Shown: positions 13,180-25,624 of the stretch, piece after piece
How the letters are laid out: every line of letters begins with the position of its first letter
Position numbering within the stretch: position 1 is the stretch's first letter
From: Geosiphon pyriformis uo1
Taxonomy: Eukaryota; Fungi; Glomeromycota
DNA length: 64,000 bases
Reading direction: 5' to 3'
Assembly: GCA_016748015.1 (NCBI GenBank)
Contig: JAAOMT010000779.1
Span: forward strand, 186,001 to 250,000
Notes under the pieces: generated by a model
What the model was told of the DNA's origin: nothing
Database searches by the model: none
What the model saw: only the letters and a program-made list of their open reading frames with translations
Translations under genes and position numbers: made by a program

Positions 13180-14318
13180 ATGAGTACAATGGAAGCAAAA
13201 GAAGAAAACCTGACTCCAAAGGAGAAAATCTTGAACCACCTTGTACAACTCTACAAGCAAAAGGAAACAAAGGACGCGACTGAACCCCTACAACAATTCT
13301 CGTCACTTTACGAGTTGCGCCAGATGTTTGGTGGTAATGGGAGCTGTGAAGCAGAAATTTTCTCGAAAGCTCTACAGGAACTTGTCAATGAAAATCTTTT
13401 GTGAGTTTTTTCTTACCTGTTTTCCCAAAAAAGACAGAATTTTAAACTCGTTGGCGAATCCTCAATTTCAAAAAAGGAAAGAACATAAGAGGCAACTATA
13501 TGGCTCTGAGGGGACTTTAACGTTGTATTCTTATGTAACTAAAAAGGTATTTCCCTATCTTGAGAAGTTTGGAAGGACTTTAGTGACCATATGCTTGCTC
13601 TTTATCTTTGATGGAAATTAAGTCTGAAAAGGAACTGGTATCTTCTATCACTCCAAAAACTTCGAAAAGTTCGCAAACGTTGAAGGTGAAAGAGCTATTT
13701 CAAATATATGACCAAAGTGAGGCTTTAACGCTCATGTTTAATAAATATATTCCTATTTCTAAAAGCGAAAAGAACCACCCTGCGACGATTTGGACTCAAA
13801 TTCAGATCCCATATTTATTGCCGAAAAGGTGATTTTGATTTTTCTTTTAGTCCCTTTAAAAACCACTTCTATTATAATCCTTTACCACTTAATTGCCTTA
13901 TGTAGGAAAAATTGAGAAAGCAAATTGAACCACTTCAAGAACGTCTCGACTCCTTACGTGCTGAAGAAATTGAATTAATGGGAAAATTAGAGTATAGATT
14001 TTCAAATATGATCCGAATTTTTTTTGAATCTTTATTATATTCTCTTTCATGTTGCTTGCTTTTTGAATTGATAATACAAAGAGAAAATATAGACATTCAA
14101 AGCACAATTGATCACCATTGTCACCTTTTGCATGATTATAACGAGATTAAAGATATTGGACAAATGCTGTTTGGAAAAGTAAGTTAAAATTTATTTTAAT
14201 TTCCAATACAAATACTCGGACATTTGCTAATTCTTTTCGTGTCTTTAAGTGTGCTGAAATCGAAGGCATGACTACTGCAAAGATGTATGAACGGTTTGGA
14301 GTGGAAATACATGACTAG
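13180..14318 (+). CDS. swi5: Swi5/Sae3-family recombination mediator (Swi5-Sfr1 / Mei5-Sae3 complex) with N-terminal extension, multi-exon
   Basis: C-terminal exons encode IDHHCHLLHDYNEIKDIGQMLFGK|CAEIEGMTTAKMYERFGVEIHD*, matching the Swi5 family signature H..LLH.YNEIKDIGQ.L.G. The joining of the 5' exons is inferred from GT-AG sites. Confidence 0.85.
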
Positions 14319-14511
14319 GAAAATATCACAATGGCAGTCGGTTGAAGAGCTTAATTTAAATTTTCGTGGGAATCACCCATTGTTATCTTAATTAAAACGA
14401 CAAATCCTTATAAATTACTAATCTATTGTTCTATTGAATTATAAATCAAATTTTACACTATATTAATAAACACAAAGCCTAGGCAACTGTAAATTCACAG
14501 AATGTTGTCAA

Positions 14512-16100
14512 TCAGTTTTCATCAAATCCCAGGGCCGCTACCAAACCATTCGAACAACCAACAACTATTCTTTGATAATCCATATCTACTGTTGTAAAGG
14601 TATTGGTATAGAGATTGCATATTGATTGTATTTCCAAGTATTGAATTTTTTTTGAACGCCCATAATTATCCAATAACTTGAGCTGCCAATAACTTAAATT
14701 AATATTGTCCCGACAGGCGTGAACCATTCGGCCCTTTCTAATATCACAGGCATGTGCACAAGATGGCGGATAGTTTTTTAAATCTGAAATGCTTGCAGGC
14801 AATATTAACTGTTTCTCAATGTAGTCAGGTGTAGGTTCAAAATTCGTAGCCAGTGCGTTCTTAAAATAACTCCATCCACACGTTCCCCCATCAAAAGTTT
14901 TTGAGAATAGGAATTTACCCGAGGGCAATTCAAATACTTTAATTTCTTTACCACTATATGTTACCACAGCCGTGTCAAGAATTCGAAAATCCAAAGCCTA
15001 AATAATAGTTGGGAAATATTCAATATAGTTATGTATTGATCACTATAAAACAAACATTTTTATTTACATCTGCAGGAATTGTCGCAATGCGTTCCCCAGT
15101 TTTCCATTCCCAAACGATTAAAGTCCGATCAAATGCACAGGAACCGACATATTTCTTGTTCAATGAAATAACCCGAACTGCGCTAACGTGACCGGTTAAT
15201 TCTTGTAGCAATTTCCCAGTTTCCATATTCCAAATATAAGAAGCCCTGATGAAGTAGAAATCCAATTGGGAGTTTAGATCTCATAATAGAGGGAAAAATA
15301 TCATCCAATATTTATGTAATTACCGGAAAAAAGTGGAAGCCGCTATGATTTTTTCTTTGGGTAAGAAGTCAACACTGCTGAAAGCGTTTCCTTTTAATAT
15401 TTGGGTGCATTCCCCTGTTTCTATATCCCAAACCCGTACGGTTCGATCGGATGATCCGGTCACCAAAATATTATCCTTCAGTTTCACGTCATTTATTCTT
15501 TCTGTGTGACCATAGAATGGTTTAAGTGTTTTAGGGCGACCATCGAACCAGTTTTTCTCTCGTCTATACAGCTTTTGATAAACAGTTTCCCAACACGTAT
15601 CAGAATTCAAAGAAGGTGCAAACCCGTCTCTTTCGAATATTTCAATACATTTAAGACGCCAAATAGATGAATCTTTGGTGATATTACCCCAAGTTCTACT
15701 AGCCTATTGAGAAAAAATGATTCAGTAGGGAAGTACGAGGAAAAAGGTACAATAATAGCGAAGACACTTACTTGACGACAATTACACAGATCTTTAGCGT
15801 TCAGCTGTGAGAAAATCTTTACAGAAAGCTCAAATGGGAGGGCACCTATCAAATCAAATCCTTCTAAACCCAAACGTTGCAAGCCTTGCTGAAGTATATG
15901 AAAATCATAGGAATCACATTCGCTGACCAATTCGGTCAAACTAAGAGTTTTCAAGTTCCCAAGTAGAATCAAATTTTGGTAGGTAGTTTTTGTCTTGGTC
16001 TATGCACGCGATTGAGATGTACTTACAAAGCCTTTCGTTGTTCACGATTCAGTGTTCTGAAGTTCTGTAAGGCAGCTGAAAACTCACTTGGCAGAACCAT
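14512..16100 (-). CDS. F-box/WD40 SCF substrate receptor (Cdc4/Met30/beta-TrCP-like architecture), multi-exon
   Basis: ATG at 16100 (MVLPSEFSAAL..REQRKAF|LTELVSEC, dimerisation-domain-like). F-box DLIGALPFELSVKIFSQLNAKDLCNCRQV. WD40 repeats GHTERINDV...LVTGSSDRTVRVWD and GHVSAV...FDRTLIVWE. Confidence 0.88.
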
Positions 16101-18254
16101 TATCAAATACAAGTCAAAAGGAGTTGATTATTTTTACCAAACAAATATTTGTAGATTATTATGGCCGTTAAACTAAACCAGTTGTGGCGTTAGCGATCTG
16201 CATAGAAAATGAAAATCTTAGTTGAAGTCGCGTGTACACTTTTCAAAGATGGTTACCACGCGAGCGAAAGCGAAGGCAACTGCGACGGCGACCCATTCTC
16301 CTTCACATCACGATTCCATAGAAAGCCTCCCTCAGCCTTTGATACTAATTGAGAGCATAGAGTTTCCTTCAACTCCCTCTAGACGGAATTCTTCTAACAC
16401 ACAAGACATAATTCTTTCGGGTTCAAGTGAAAACAATTCACTACAAAATGTCAAGCTTCCTATAAAAAGAATTATAGTTATTTCTGACTCCGATTCTGAA
16501 GAGTCGAAAACCCAGGCAAAAAAAAGTATTTTGATTCATAATGATTGGCTCTGATCAACTTTTTCCCTTCACTCAAAAAGCTTCTTCAAAGGGAGTATTA
16601 TTTCTAACTCGGAAGAGAACCAGTTGGAAAAATCGGCTCAACAATGTAAGTTAATTTATAAAGAACTCATCTCTAAACTTGTTACCTCGACTACAAAAAA
16701 CTTTCTTCTCAAGTTAGCACTCAATCCAAAGATAGAGAATGGGGTGGAGAAACTCCAACTTCTCCGTATCATAGGAGTATAGAACATATTCAATCAAGTC
16801 TTGCAGGTTTTTTAGATAAAACAAGTATTTGGAAGTCTATTTTTTTAATAGTTTCAGAGNNNNNNNNNNNNNNNNNNNNCACGTCATTTATTCTTTCTGT
16901 GTGACCATAGAATGGTTTAAGTGTTTTAGGGCGACCATCGAACCAGTTTTTCTCTCGTCTATACAGCTTTTGATAAACAGTTTCCCAACACGTATCAGAA
17001 TTCAAAGAAGGTGCAAACCCGTCTCTTTCGAATATTTCAATACATTTAAGACGCCAAATAGATGAATCTTTGGTGATATTACCCCAAGTTCTACTAGCCT
17101 ATTGAGAAAAAATGATTCAGTAGGGAAGTACGAGGAAAAAGGTACAATAATAGCGAAGACACTTACTTGACGACAATTACACAGATCTTTAGCGTTCAGC
17201 TGTGAGAAAATCTTTACAGAAAGCTCAAATGGGAGGGCACCTATCAAATCAAATCCTTCTAAACCCAAACGTTGCAAGCCTTGCTGAAGTATATGAAAAT
17301 CATAGGAATCACATTCGCTGACCAATTCGGTCAAACTAAGAGTTTTCAAGTTCCCAAGTAGAATCAAATTTTGGTAGGTAGTTTTTGTCTTGGTCTATGC
17401 ACGCGATTGAGATGTACTTACAAAGCCTTTCGTTGTTCACGATTCAGTGTTCTGAAGTTCTGTAAGGCAGCTGAAAACTCACTTGGCAGAACCATTATCA
17501 AATACAAGTCAAAAGGAGTTGATTATTTTTACCAAACAAATATTTGTAGATTATTATGGCCGTTAAACTAAACCAGTTGTGGCGTTAGCGATCTGCATAG
17601 AAAATGAAAATCTTAGTTGAAGTCGCGTGTACACTTTTCAAAGATGGTTACCACGCGAGCGAAAGCGAAGGCAACTGCGACGGCGACCCATTCTCCTTCA
17701 CATCACGATTCCATAGAAAGCCTCCCTCAGCCTTTGATACTAATTGAGAGCATAGAGTTTCCTTCAACTCCCTCTAGACGGAATTCTTCTAACACACAAG
17801 ACATAATTCTTTCGGGTTCAAGTGAAAACAATTCACTACAAAATGTCAAGCTTCCTATAAAAAGAATTATAGTTATTTCTGACTCCGATTCTGAAGAGTC
17901 GAAAACCCAGGCAAAAAAAAGTATTTTGATTCATAATGATTGGCTCTGATCAACTTTTTCCCTTCACTCAAAAAGCTTCTTCAAAGGGAGTATTATTTCT
18001 AACTCGGAAGAGAACCAGTTGGAAAAATCGGCTCAACAATGTAAGTTAATTTATAAAGAACTCATCTCTAAACTTGTTACCTCGACTACAAAAAACTTTC
18101 TTCTCAAGTTAGCACTCAATCCAAAGATAGAGAATGGGGTGGAGAAACTCCAACTTCTCCGTATCATAGGAGTATAGAACATATTCAATCAAGTCTTGCA
18201 GGTTTTTTAGATAAAACAAGTATTTGGAAGTCTATTTTTTTAATAGTTTCAGAG
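15485..18254. repeat. Exact 1375-bp direct duplication (15485-16859 = 16880-18254) flanking a 20-N gap; probable unmerged contig overlap
   Basis: Identical ORFs at a constant 1395-bp offset; both copies end exactly at the gap 16860-16879. It creates partial duplicates of the F-box gene (16880-17495) and the DUF4211 gene (16249-16859). Confidence 0.9.
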
Positions 18255-19957
18255 CGACCACGCCTACGTCACAGTACAAACCGGACCGACTTTAACAAAA
18301 ATCTCAAGAAACTACTTGGTAATTATTTCAAGAGGGCTCTACATTTCATATCGACAATAAAATAAATAATTTAACTTTTAGATAAAAGACACAGAGTTCA
18401 ATTTTCAAATCAGGAAAAAAATAAGGATGAACAAGAATTGGTCCAAATTGATCTGGATATTGACCAAGAAAGAGATTCACGCCAACAACTATCTTCATCT
18501 AATTCTGATAGCTCGAGTTCCTTTGAAGAAGAAGAAATTGATCTCGATAAATCGGGTATTTACGTATTCGACTCCTTCAAAAAACTAACATTTTATATCA
18601 CTCAGATTTTGATTATACCATCCAGATTTTGATTATACCATCTTTTGTTCTGATATCATAGCAATAATAGAAAAGCGCACTCGAGGCCAAAGGGAATCAC
18701 GATATCGTGATAGTCTCAGAAAGCTTTTAGGTATTAAAGTGTAATATGAAATTGGCGTTGTGATTAAATTTTTACTGTTTATTGCTCATCTCAAATTTTA
18801 TAGCTCGTAAGCGTGACAAGACTAAGGATATTTCCATTAATTTGGATAAAGATGATAATGATGATAATGATGATGATGGTGAGGAGGAGGAGGCGGAGGA
18901 AGAAGAATTAACGCAAACTGAGGATCCAAATGATGATTTAAGAGACTTTATAGTTGAAGCAGGAGAGGATGAAGATATCTCCAATATAGAACTCCCAGGT
19001 AGCCCAAAACATATCCTGTGACTCTATATTGAAATTAACTCCAAACTTATATCATGTAGAAGAATTTGCGAGTACGCAAAACCTGGAATATCATTTCAAG
19101 GTGTTTATCCAATATTTGATTTACCTTGTGATGGTTGCTAATTACAGTGATATTGAAAAACGTAGGTGAACCTTTTATAGAGTCATATTTTTTATATTAA
19201 AATATCTGACGCAATTTTGAATCATTAAAACCCCTCAGATCAATATTTTAGGTCTTCAATGAAAATAATTGACAGGAAGATTGACGGATATAGAGATTCA
19301 CTTGTTGCCAGCTCTGTATGGACCTTAGAATTTAAGGTTTACTGTCATTCTTTCAACCTGATTTACCTTTTTAGAATATATTCTAATATAAAATTGCTAT
19401 CATAGAGATGCTTGAATTTCTATCCGAAATATACCAGCTATTATTCTCCACATGCTTTTTGTGATGCATGCAATAGTAGCAAGCCAGCATATTTCAAAGT
19501 ATCCTTGAGTGGACAACCTTATAACCGGAAAACACTACAAGTAGGTTTTTTAATAGTGTTTAACAAACTGAATAAAGAATTTATTACAAAAGCTTAATTT
19601 AAACTTTATGTTACGTAGTCACGCAATAAGTCTGATTCGGATTCTTCAGCTGATGGTATTGAAGAAATCGACGTGTTTCACGAAAGAAAGCGAGATTTTT
19701 ATCTCGGACGATTTTGTAAGATTCGTTCCAGGGTATACCACGACCTTCATCACTTAAAACTACATTTCTTTGAAAAGGTTCAGGCTCAAGTCGAGCGATT
19801 GTTATCTGAGCGTAGTGAAGAAAACATGGATCCCAACACAATTACAACAATATTTGAAGAGAAAGGTTTTACCGACTCATATTTCTCTCAATTTGAACGG
19901 ATTATCGATGGGGCTGAAAAATTGTACAGAAATCAAAATACAGTGGAGTATGATTAA
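17644..19957 (+). CDS. DUF4211 / CCDC82-like protein, multi-exon
   Basis: Long S/D/E-rich disordered N-terminus, then DDLRDFIV, HFKVFIQYL, RDSLVASSVW...FK, YPK, CDACN, LSGQPYN.KTL, FYLGRFC..R..VYH.L.H, typical of DUF4211 proteins. Confidence 0.8.
18603..18642. repeat. Perfect 2 x 20-bp tandem duplication in an intron
   Basis: cagattttgattataccatc occurs twice in tandem. Confidence 0.9.
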
Positions 19958-20039
19958 GTTGTGTCTTTCGGACCAAATAAAGAAAATTTGAAGGTGAACT
20001 TTATTTATTATATCAAATTTTCTTGTTAAGATTTTTCAT

Positions 20040-22940
20040 ATTCTTTTATTAATATAACAATTGGTAAAAAAGCTTTTAAGTTGATAATCTTAAATTTTTA
20101 TTAAATAATATAATTAAACTTCTAGTAAATTTTTAATCTGTTATTTTGCTGTTATCATAAAATATTTCAAATAAACTTGTTTAATATAATATAATAATTT
20201 AAAATTTAATAAATTTCAAAAAAAAAATCATATTAAAAAAACATTATTTTATATATTTTTTAATATGTTCAATTTTTTTTATTTGCTTTAACAAGTGTAA
20301 TCCAACCACTACAAAATGCTTTTTTTAAGTAAAATAGAAACTAAGCAGTCTTTGACTGTTGTTAAAACACTGTTTTTGGCTTTAAGTAATAGTTTTTTTT
20401 TATTGTTATTAAGTAAAATTTGAGCTATAAATAACATAAAATTATTCTTAAATTTTTATTATTAATTAATATATATTATTATTTTATATATTATTACTTA
20501 TTATTTAACCAAATTATCAATTATTATTATTTAATTAATAATTCAATTTGTTTAATAAACAAATATAATTAAATACAATAATTAAATTATGTAATATCTT
20601 AAACTTTGTAATATTTAAGAATTTATAAAAAGACTTAAAAATCTAACAAAATATTTTATAGTTTAATAAAATAGTTACTGTTTACTAAAAAGTATATTTA
20701 GTTTTTAATAGTTTATAAAAATATTAACAAAAAAAAATGTTAAAATATTATAATTAAATATATAAAAAAAAAACTTTTATTTTTATTTTTTTTAAATTAA
20801 AATAATTATTACAAATTAACAAAATAAATTTTTATGTTAAAAAACCAAATTTATTGTTATTTATTTATTTTGAAATTATCTAGTTTAACTAATACTCTAA
20901 AATTAATTAGTTATTAATTTTAATATACAAATTAATTATTTCAAATTTTAAAAAAAAACATTCTTTTAACAATTTATTAAAAATTTAAATATTATTTTCA
21001 TTTTATTTTTTCTATTATTTTATTAAAAAATTTACAGTCAAAAATTTTTGTAAAAAAGTGGATTTTAAAAACATTAAAATAATTATTTATTATAATAAAA
21101 TCTATAATCAAAATTTTTTGTAAAAAATTTATTTTTATTATAAAGTGATTATATTAAAATTATTAACATAAAATTAACTATTTATAAACTCAATATTATA
21201 CAAATCTAAAATATAAAAACATTGAAAATAAATAATTATTAAAAATTTAATAGTTTTTATTAATAATAATATTTACAATAAATTTAATATTAACAAATTT
21301 TTTAATAATATTTAATGCTTTTTTAAGATTTTAATACACTAAAAAATTATACAAAGTAATAATTATTTTTAATATAACAATTCTAAAATATTATTAAACA
21401 ATTCACATTTTTTGTAAATAAAAATTTTAAATTTTAAATAGAATTGTAATTATAAAAAAAACATTTAACAAACAATTATTTTTTTGGAAATTATAATTTT
21501 AATTTATTATTGTAAAATTTTGTAAAAAAAACTATTAATTTTTATTTAACTTAAAATTAAAACAAAAAAACAGCAATAATAAAAAACAAAAAAATTATTT
21601 TATTTAAATAACATATAACAATTATAAATATCTAAATAAAAATCTAATAATATTATTATTTTTTTAAACTTAAATATTATTACTCATAAAAAAATAAAAA
21701 TTATTAAAAAAATAATATAATAAGAAAAATTTTAAAAAATTTTAGAAATTTTATAAGTATCAAAAATTTTAAAATTACCAAAAAAAATGCTTAAAGTTCT
21801 AAAAATGCTAAAAATATTAACAATAATTTAAAAAAAATATAGAAATAACTAAAAGTATTAAAATATTTTATATTATAAAAATTATATATATATAATAGTA
21901 CTATTAAAAAAAGAAAAAATATTTAAATATTTAGATATTTAGTTTTTAATTATTATTAATAAAATATTAATTTTTATTTTTATTTTTTTTGTATTTTTAT
22001 TTTTTTTGTCATTATTTATTTTGTTAAATTAATTAAAAGTATTAAAATTATATAAATAATTTGATAAAAAACATTAATTAAAGTATAAGGTTAATTTATT
22101 AAAAATTGAATAACCTATTAAAAAAATAAAAAACACCAAAATAAATTAAATATTATACAAAAAACCTAATTTAAAAAACTTTTAAATACACTAAAATTCC
22201 TAAATATAAACTAAAATTACATTAACTTATAAACTTTAATATTATATTTATATTTATAACAATATATTTATTTATTTTTCAAGACCAAAAAAATTTTATA
22301 TTATTAAAAAATTTAAATTAACAATAAAAATTAATTAATAAATAATTATCTATTTAAAAAACTAACAAAGTATTTAAAAAACAAAAAAAAATTGACCAAA
22401 TTTAAAAAAATAAAAAAAAATATGATTGTAAATTTTTAAAAAAATATTAATATTAATTTTTAAGAACAATTTAACAAAATTATAAAATTAGCAAATATTA
22501 ATAAATAAAATAAAGCTAAAATATTAAAATCAATTTTTTATTTTTATTAAAACATAATTAATAAATAATATAAAAACTAAACAACATTTTTAAAAATTAA
22601 ATATTATTTAAAACTGTTTTTTTTAATTATTTTATAAATAATATTATTAATAATTATGAGTTTTTTAATAAAACAATAAAAAATAACAATATTATAAAGT
22701 AGAAATAATTTTTTATAAAGCCGAAAAAAACTAATTTGATTTATTAAAATTAATAATTAATCAATTTTAAATCATTAATTAAAAAAAATTTAATTATTAT
22801 ATTAATAAATACTAAAAATTTTTTTGAAAAAACTCTTTGTCTTATTGATTTTCTGTTCATAACAAAACTATTATTTTTTGTGAAAAAAAAAAAATTTTTA
22901 TTTCTATTTTTAAATATTTTTTTTTAATATAAACTCATTT
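20040..22940. mobile_element. Hyper-AT-rich relic TE zone with ghost LTRs (B-like from ~20404; A'-like ~21680-22260)
   Basis: Residual colinearity with younger LTRs once C>T/G>A is allowed, e.g. 20404 tgttattaagtaaaatttgagctat vs 35343 tgttaccagtagaattttagctat. Boundaries approximate. Confidence 0.65.
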
Positions 22941-24915
22941 GTATTTATAGGACTGGCCAACAGTTTAACCAAGATTACAAATACTAATAAAGATAAGATA
23001 AAAAACTATTTTAACTTAAAAAAAACTAAAATACACATGTTTATAATATAAAAAATTCTAATAAACAATTCAAAAAACTTGTTGTTAGATTTAAAATTAT
23101 AAATACATTAATTAAAATCTTTAATTATAAACATATTAGTAAGTAGTATTATATTTAAGACAACAAAGTTAAAAACAAAATTAAGATTATTAATGAAATA
23201 TCTAACTTAAAAAATTTGAAAAACACAATAATAAAAAAAACTAATTATGTTGATCTAAATAGTTTAAATAATAATAAATTTATGAATAAAATCATACTAA
23301 AAGACATTTATATCTATTTATATAATTTGATAAAACCATTGTTACTCATAGAATATAAGAATTAAATATTAGTACATAAATTAGCCAATTAGGAATAGTT
23401 GTAATAAATAAGGAATTCCAGGATTCCAGAAATTTCAGAATTCTCATATAAGGAATTGAGAATTTCAGAATTCCAGAATTCCTCTTAAAAGAATTGCAGA
23501 ATTTCAGGAATTCCAGGATTTCTGGCTAGAGAATTGAGGAATTCAAAAAATCTCATACAATAAAATTTATATATATAGTAGTAGTATCAGAAACTAGAAA
23601 ATTAGACTTTCAGAGTCAGTAAGACTTTCAGAATCAATTAGACTTACAAGTTATAATTATTAGAATCCTTTAGTTAGAAACTTCTCAGTTTAGATTTGAT
23701 CTAAGCAATCTTTCTATTCAAAAATATCAATAAATAATTATTTGCTATCTCAATCCACTCTTTATTATCAACACTTTATGTTGATAATAATTAATACTTA
23801 ACTACACTAGAACAATAGCTCTTGATTATGGCTATTGACAAAATACTAACTTGTAACTGTTTTGGCTCATTTTTCTTATTTTCTTTTATTTCTTTTATTT
23901 TTTTTGTTATTCTTTTGTTTTATTAATTGATTGAAGATTAAGCACTGAAGTTATTGACATTACGGTGTTACTGGAGGTTTTTGGTTTCTTTTTTTGAATG
24001 TTGTAAATGTCTGTTGGTTGCAAATTCACGTTTTTTAGAAGTAGTTGAACCTCCAGTAACTGAATTTATCTTCAAATTATCTCCTATAATTTGAACTGCT
24101 GGGCTTATAAGTGGAATGCCAATTTCTTGCCAGTTATTTTATGTAGTTACATTGTAGTAAATGTCAACTCTTTTCCAGGAATTGCTTATCTAGAAGCTCA
24201 CTAAAAATGTGTAGTTACCTTGCTGTGAAAGTTAACTCTTCTATAGGAATTTCGTCTATAGGCTACCTTAATGATTGTAATAAGAAAAGAAAAAAAAAAT
24301 AAAAGAAAAGTAAAAGAAATAGGATTTTATCAAGTAAAACGTTTTCTATCCAGGCCTGGAGTCACTAACAGTTTATTGAAATTGGTAGCTAATCAATTTC
24401 AAAACGTTAGTTGTGTTGAGGGAATTTCAAGTGTAATAATTTAAGAATTTGGTTTTCAAATATTTAATTTTTATTTGATTTTGTAAAAGGTGATTTGTTT
24501 CAATTAAGATATCTAAAGTAAGATACTATGATAAGATACTATGAGAAGATACATTTCCTTGAAGAGAGAAGCTCTTCTTTTATACAACTTGTTGTAGTAC
24601 TAGTCTTTGAACTTGCACTTTTCTCTTTGCTACAATTTGGGTGAACTAAAGATACATTTTGGCAAATTTACAAGTTATTTCACTGAACTATTGATTATTT
24701 CGGCAAATTTTCATTAATTTCGGCGAATTTTGACTATATTAAAAGGTTCAAGGTATTGTGTAATTTGATCATCTTAATTTCTAGAGTACAAATCAAATTA
24801 TTGATTGAGTTATGATATTTGATAATTTGATTAAATAATAAGTAATAATCGAATTAATAATAATGTATGCTAATTAATAATAGGAATTATAAGGGTAATT
24901 TCATGCTAATTAATA

Positions 24916-25624
24916 GCTAAAATTCTACTGGTAACATAATCTCCTCTTCAAGACTGAGCTCTGTCGAAGTCCAAGCACTATCTGTGATGTTAAGATAGTA
25001 GTCCAAGATAATTTAAGTAATTTGGTCTGAAAATTGTTGAAATTTCAGTTCTGTGAGTTTTCCAATATATTGAACTTTCATTGGTTGGAGTATTGGATTT
25101 TGTAAGACGTTTTTACAAGTAGTGAATAAATCATAGAGTCTAAAAGCTGCTCTAAGTTTGTAGCAAGTGTTTGTTGATCCAGCTGCTGTTTTAAATTCAT
25201 TGTGAATTTGTTTTTGTATAGCCTCAGAAGTGATGTTGGTTGCTTTAAGTTCCAGTTTTCGTTTGTAAAGTGTTTTCCCAATATGAAAATATCTATATAT
25301 AAAAGTATATTCATTGTTCTGTTCATTGAGACATAGTAGAAGTTTCTGTTGAATTGTGACATTTGGTGGAATGTCAATAGGAGCAATTAAAAGGTTTTCT
25401 TTTAGTGCTTGCTTCAAAAGTTCTGGTAATTTCTTTTCAGAATGATCTTTTGTTTTTCTTTTATAGGAGTGGTAGTTCTGAGAATTATTTACTATTGGGG
25501 CTGTGGTTTCTTTTTGAATGTAATTAATTTGACTTTCATTAATCATTATGGATAAGTCAAGAAGTGTTTTCAAAGCTAACATTAATTTTTGGAATATTTG
25601 TTGAATATTTCGGAGAATAATCAT
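24916..25624 (-). pseudogene. G1 accessory ORF3 (env position, no TM segment), overlapping the PPT and the first nucleotides of the LTR
   Basis: 203-aa open frame 25624-25013 continues past one stop to ...STELSLEEEIMLPVEF*; clear homolog in G2. Confidence 0.8.

Noticed and set aside
15485-18254. Tandem duplication of the F-box and DUF4211 gene 5' ends as a biological event
   Set aside because: The copies appear identical and both end exactly at a 20-N scaffold gap, typical of an unmerged contig overlap. Read depth would settle it.
20040-22940. Centromere, origin or organellar insertion explaining the extreme AT content
   Set aside because: Residual colinearity with LTR families B and A' shows that much of it is mutated TE sequence.
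25013-25624. ORF3 as an env gene
   Set aside because: No signal peptide, transmembrane helix or fusion-peptide-like segment is visible.
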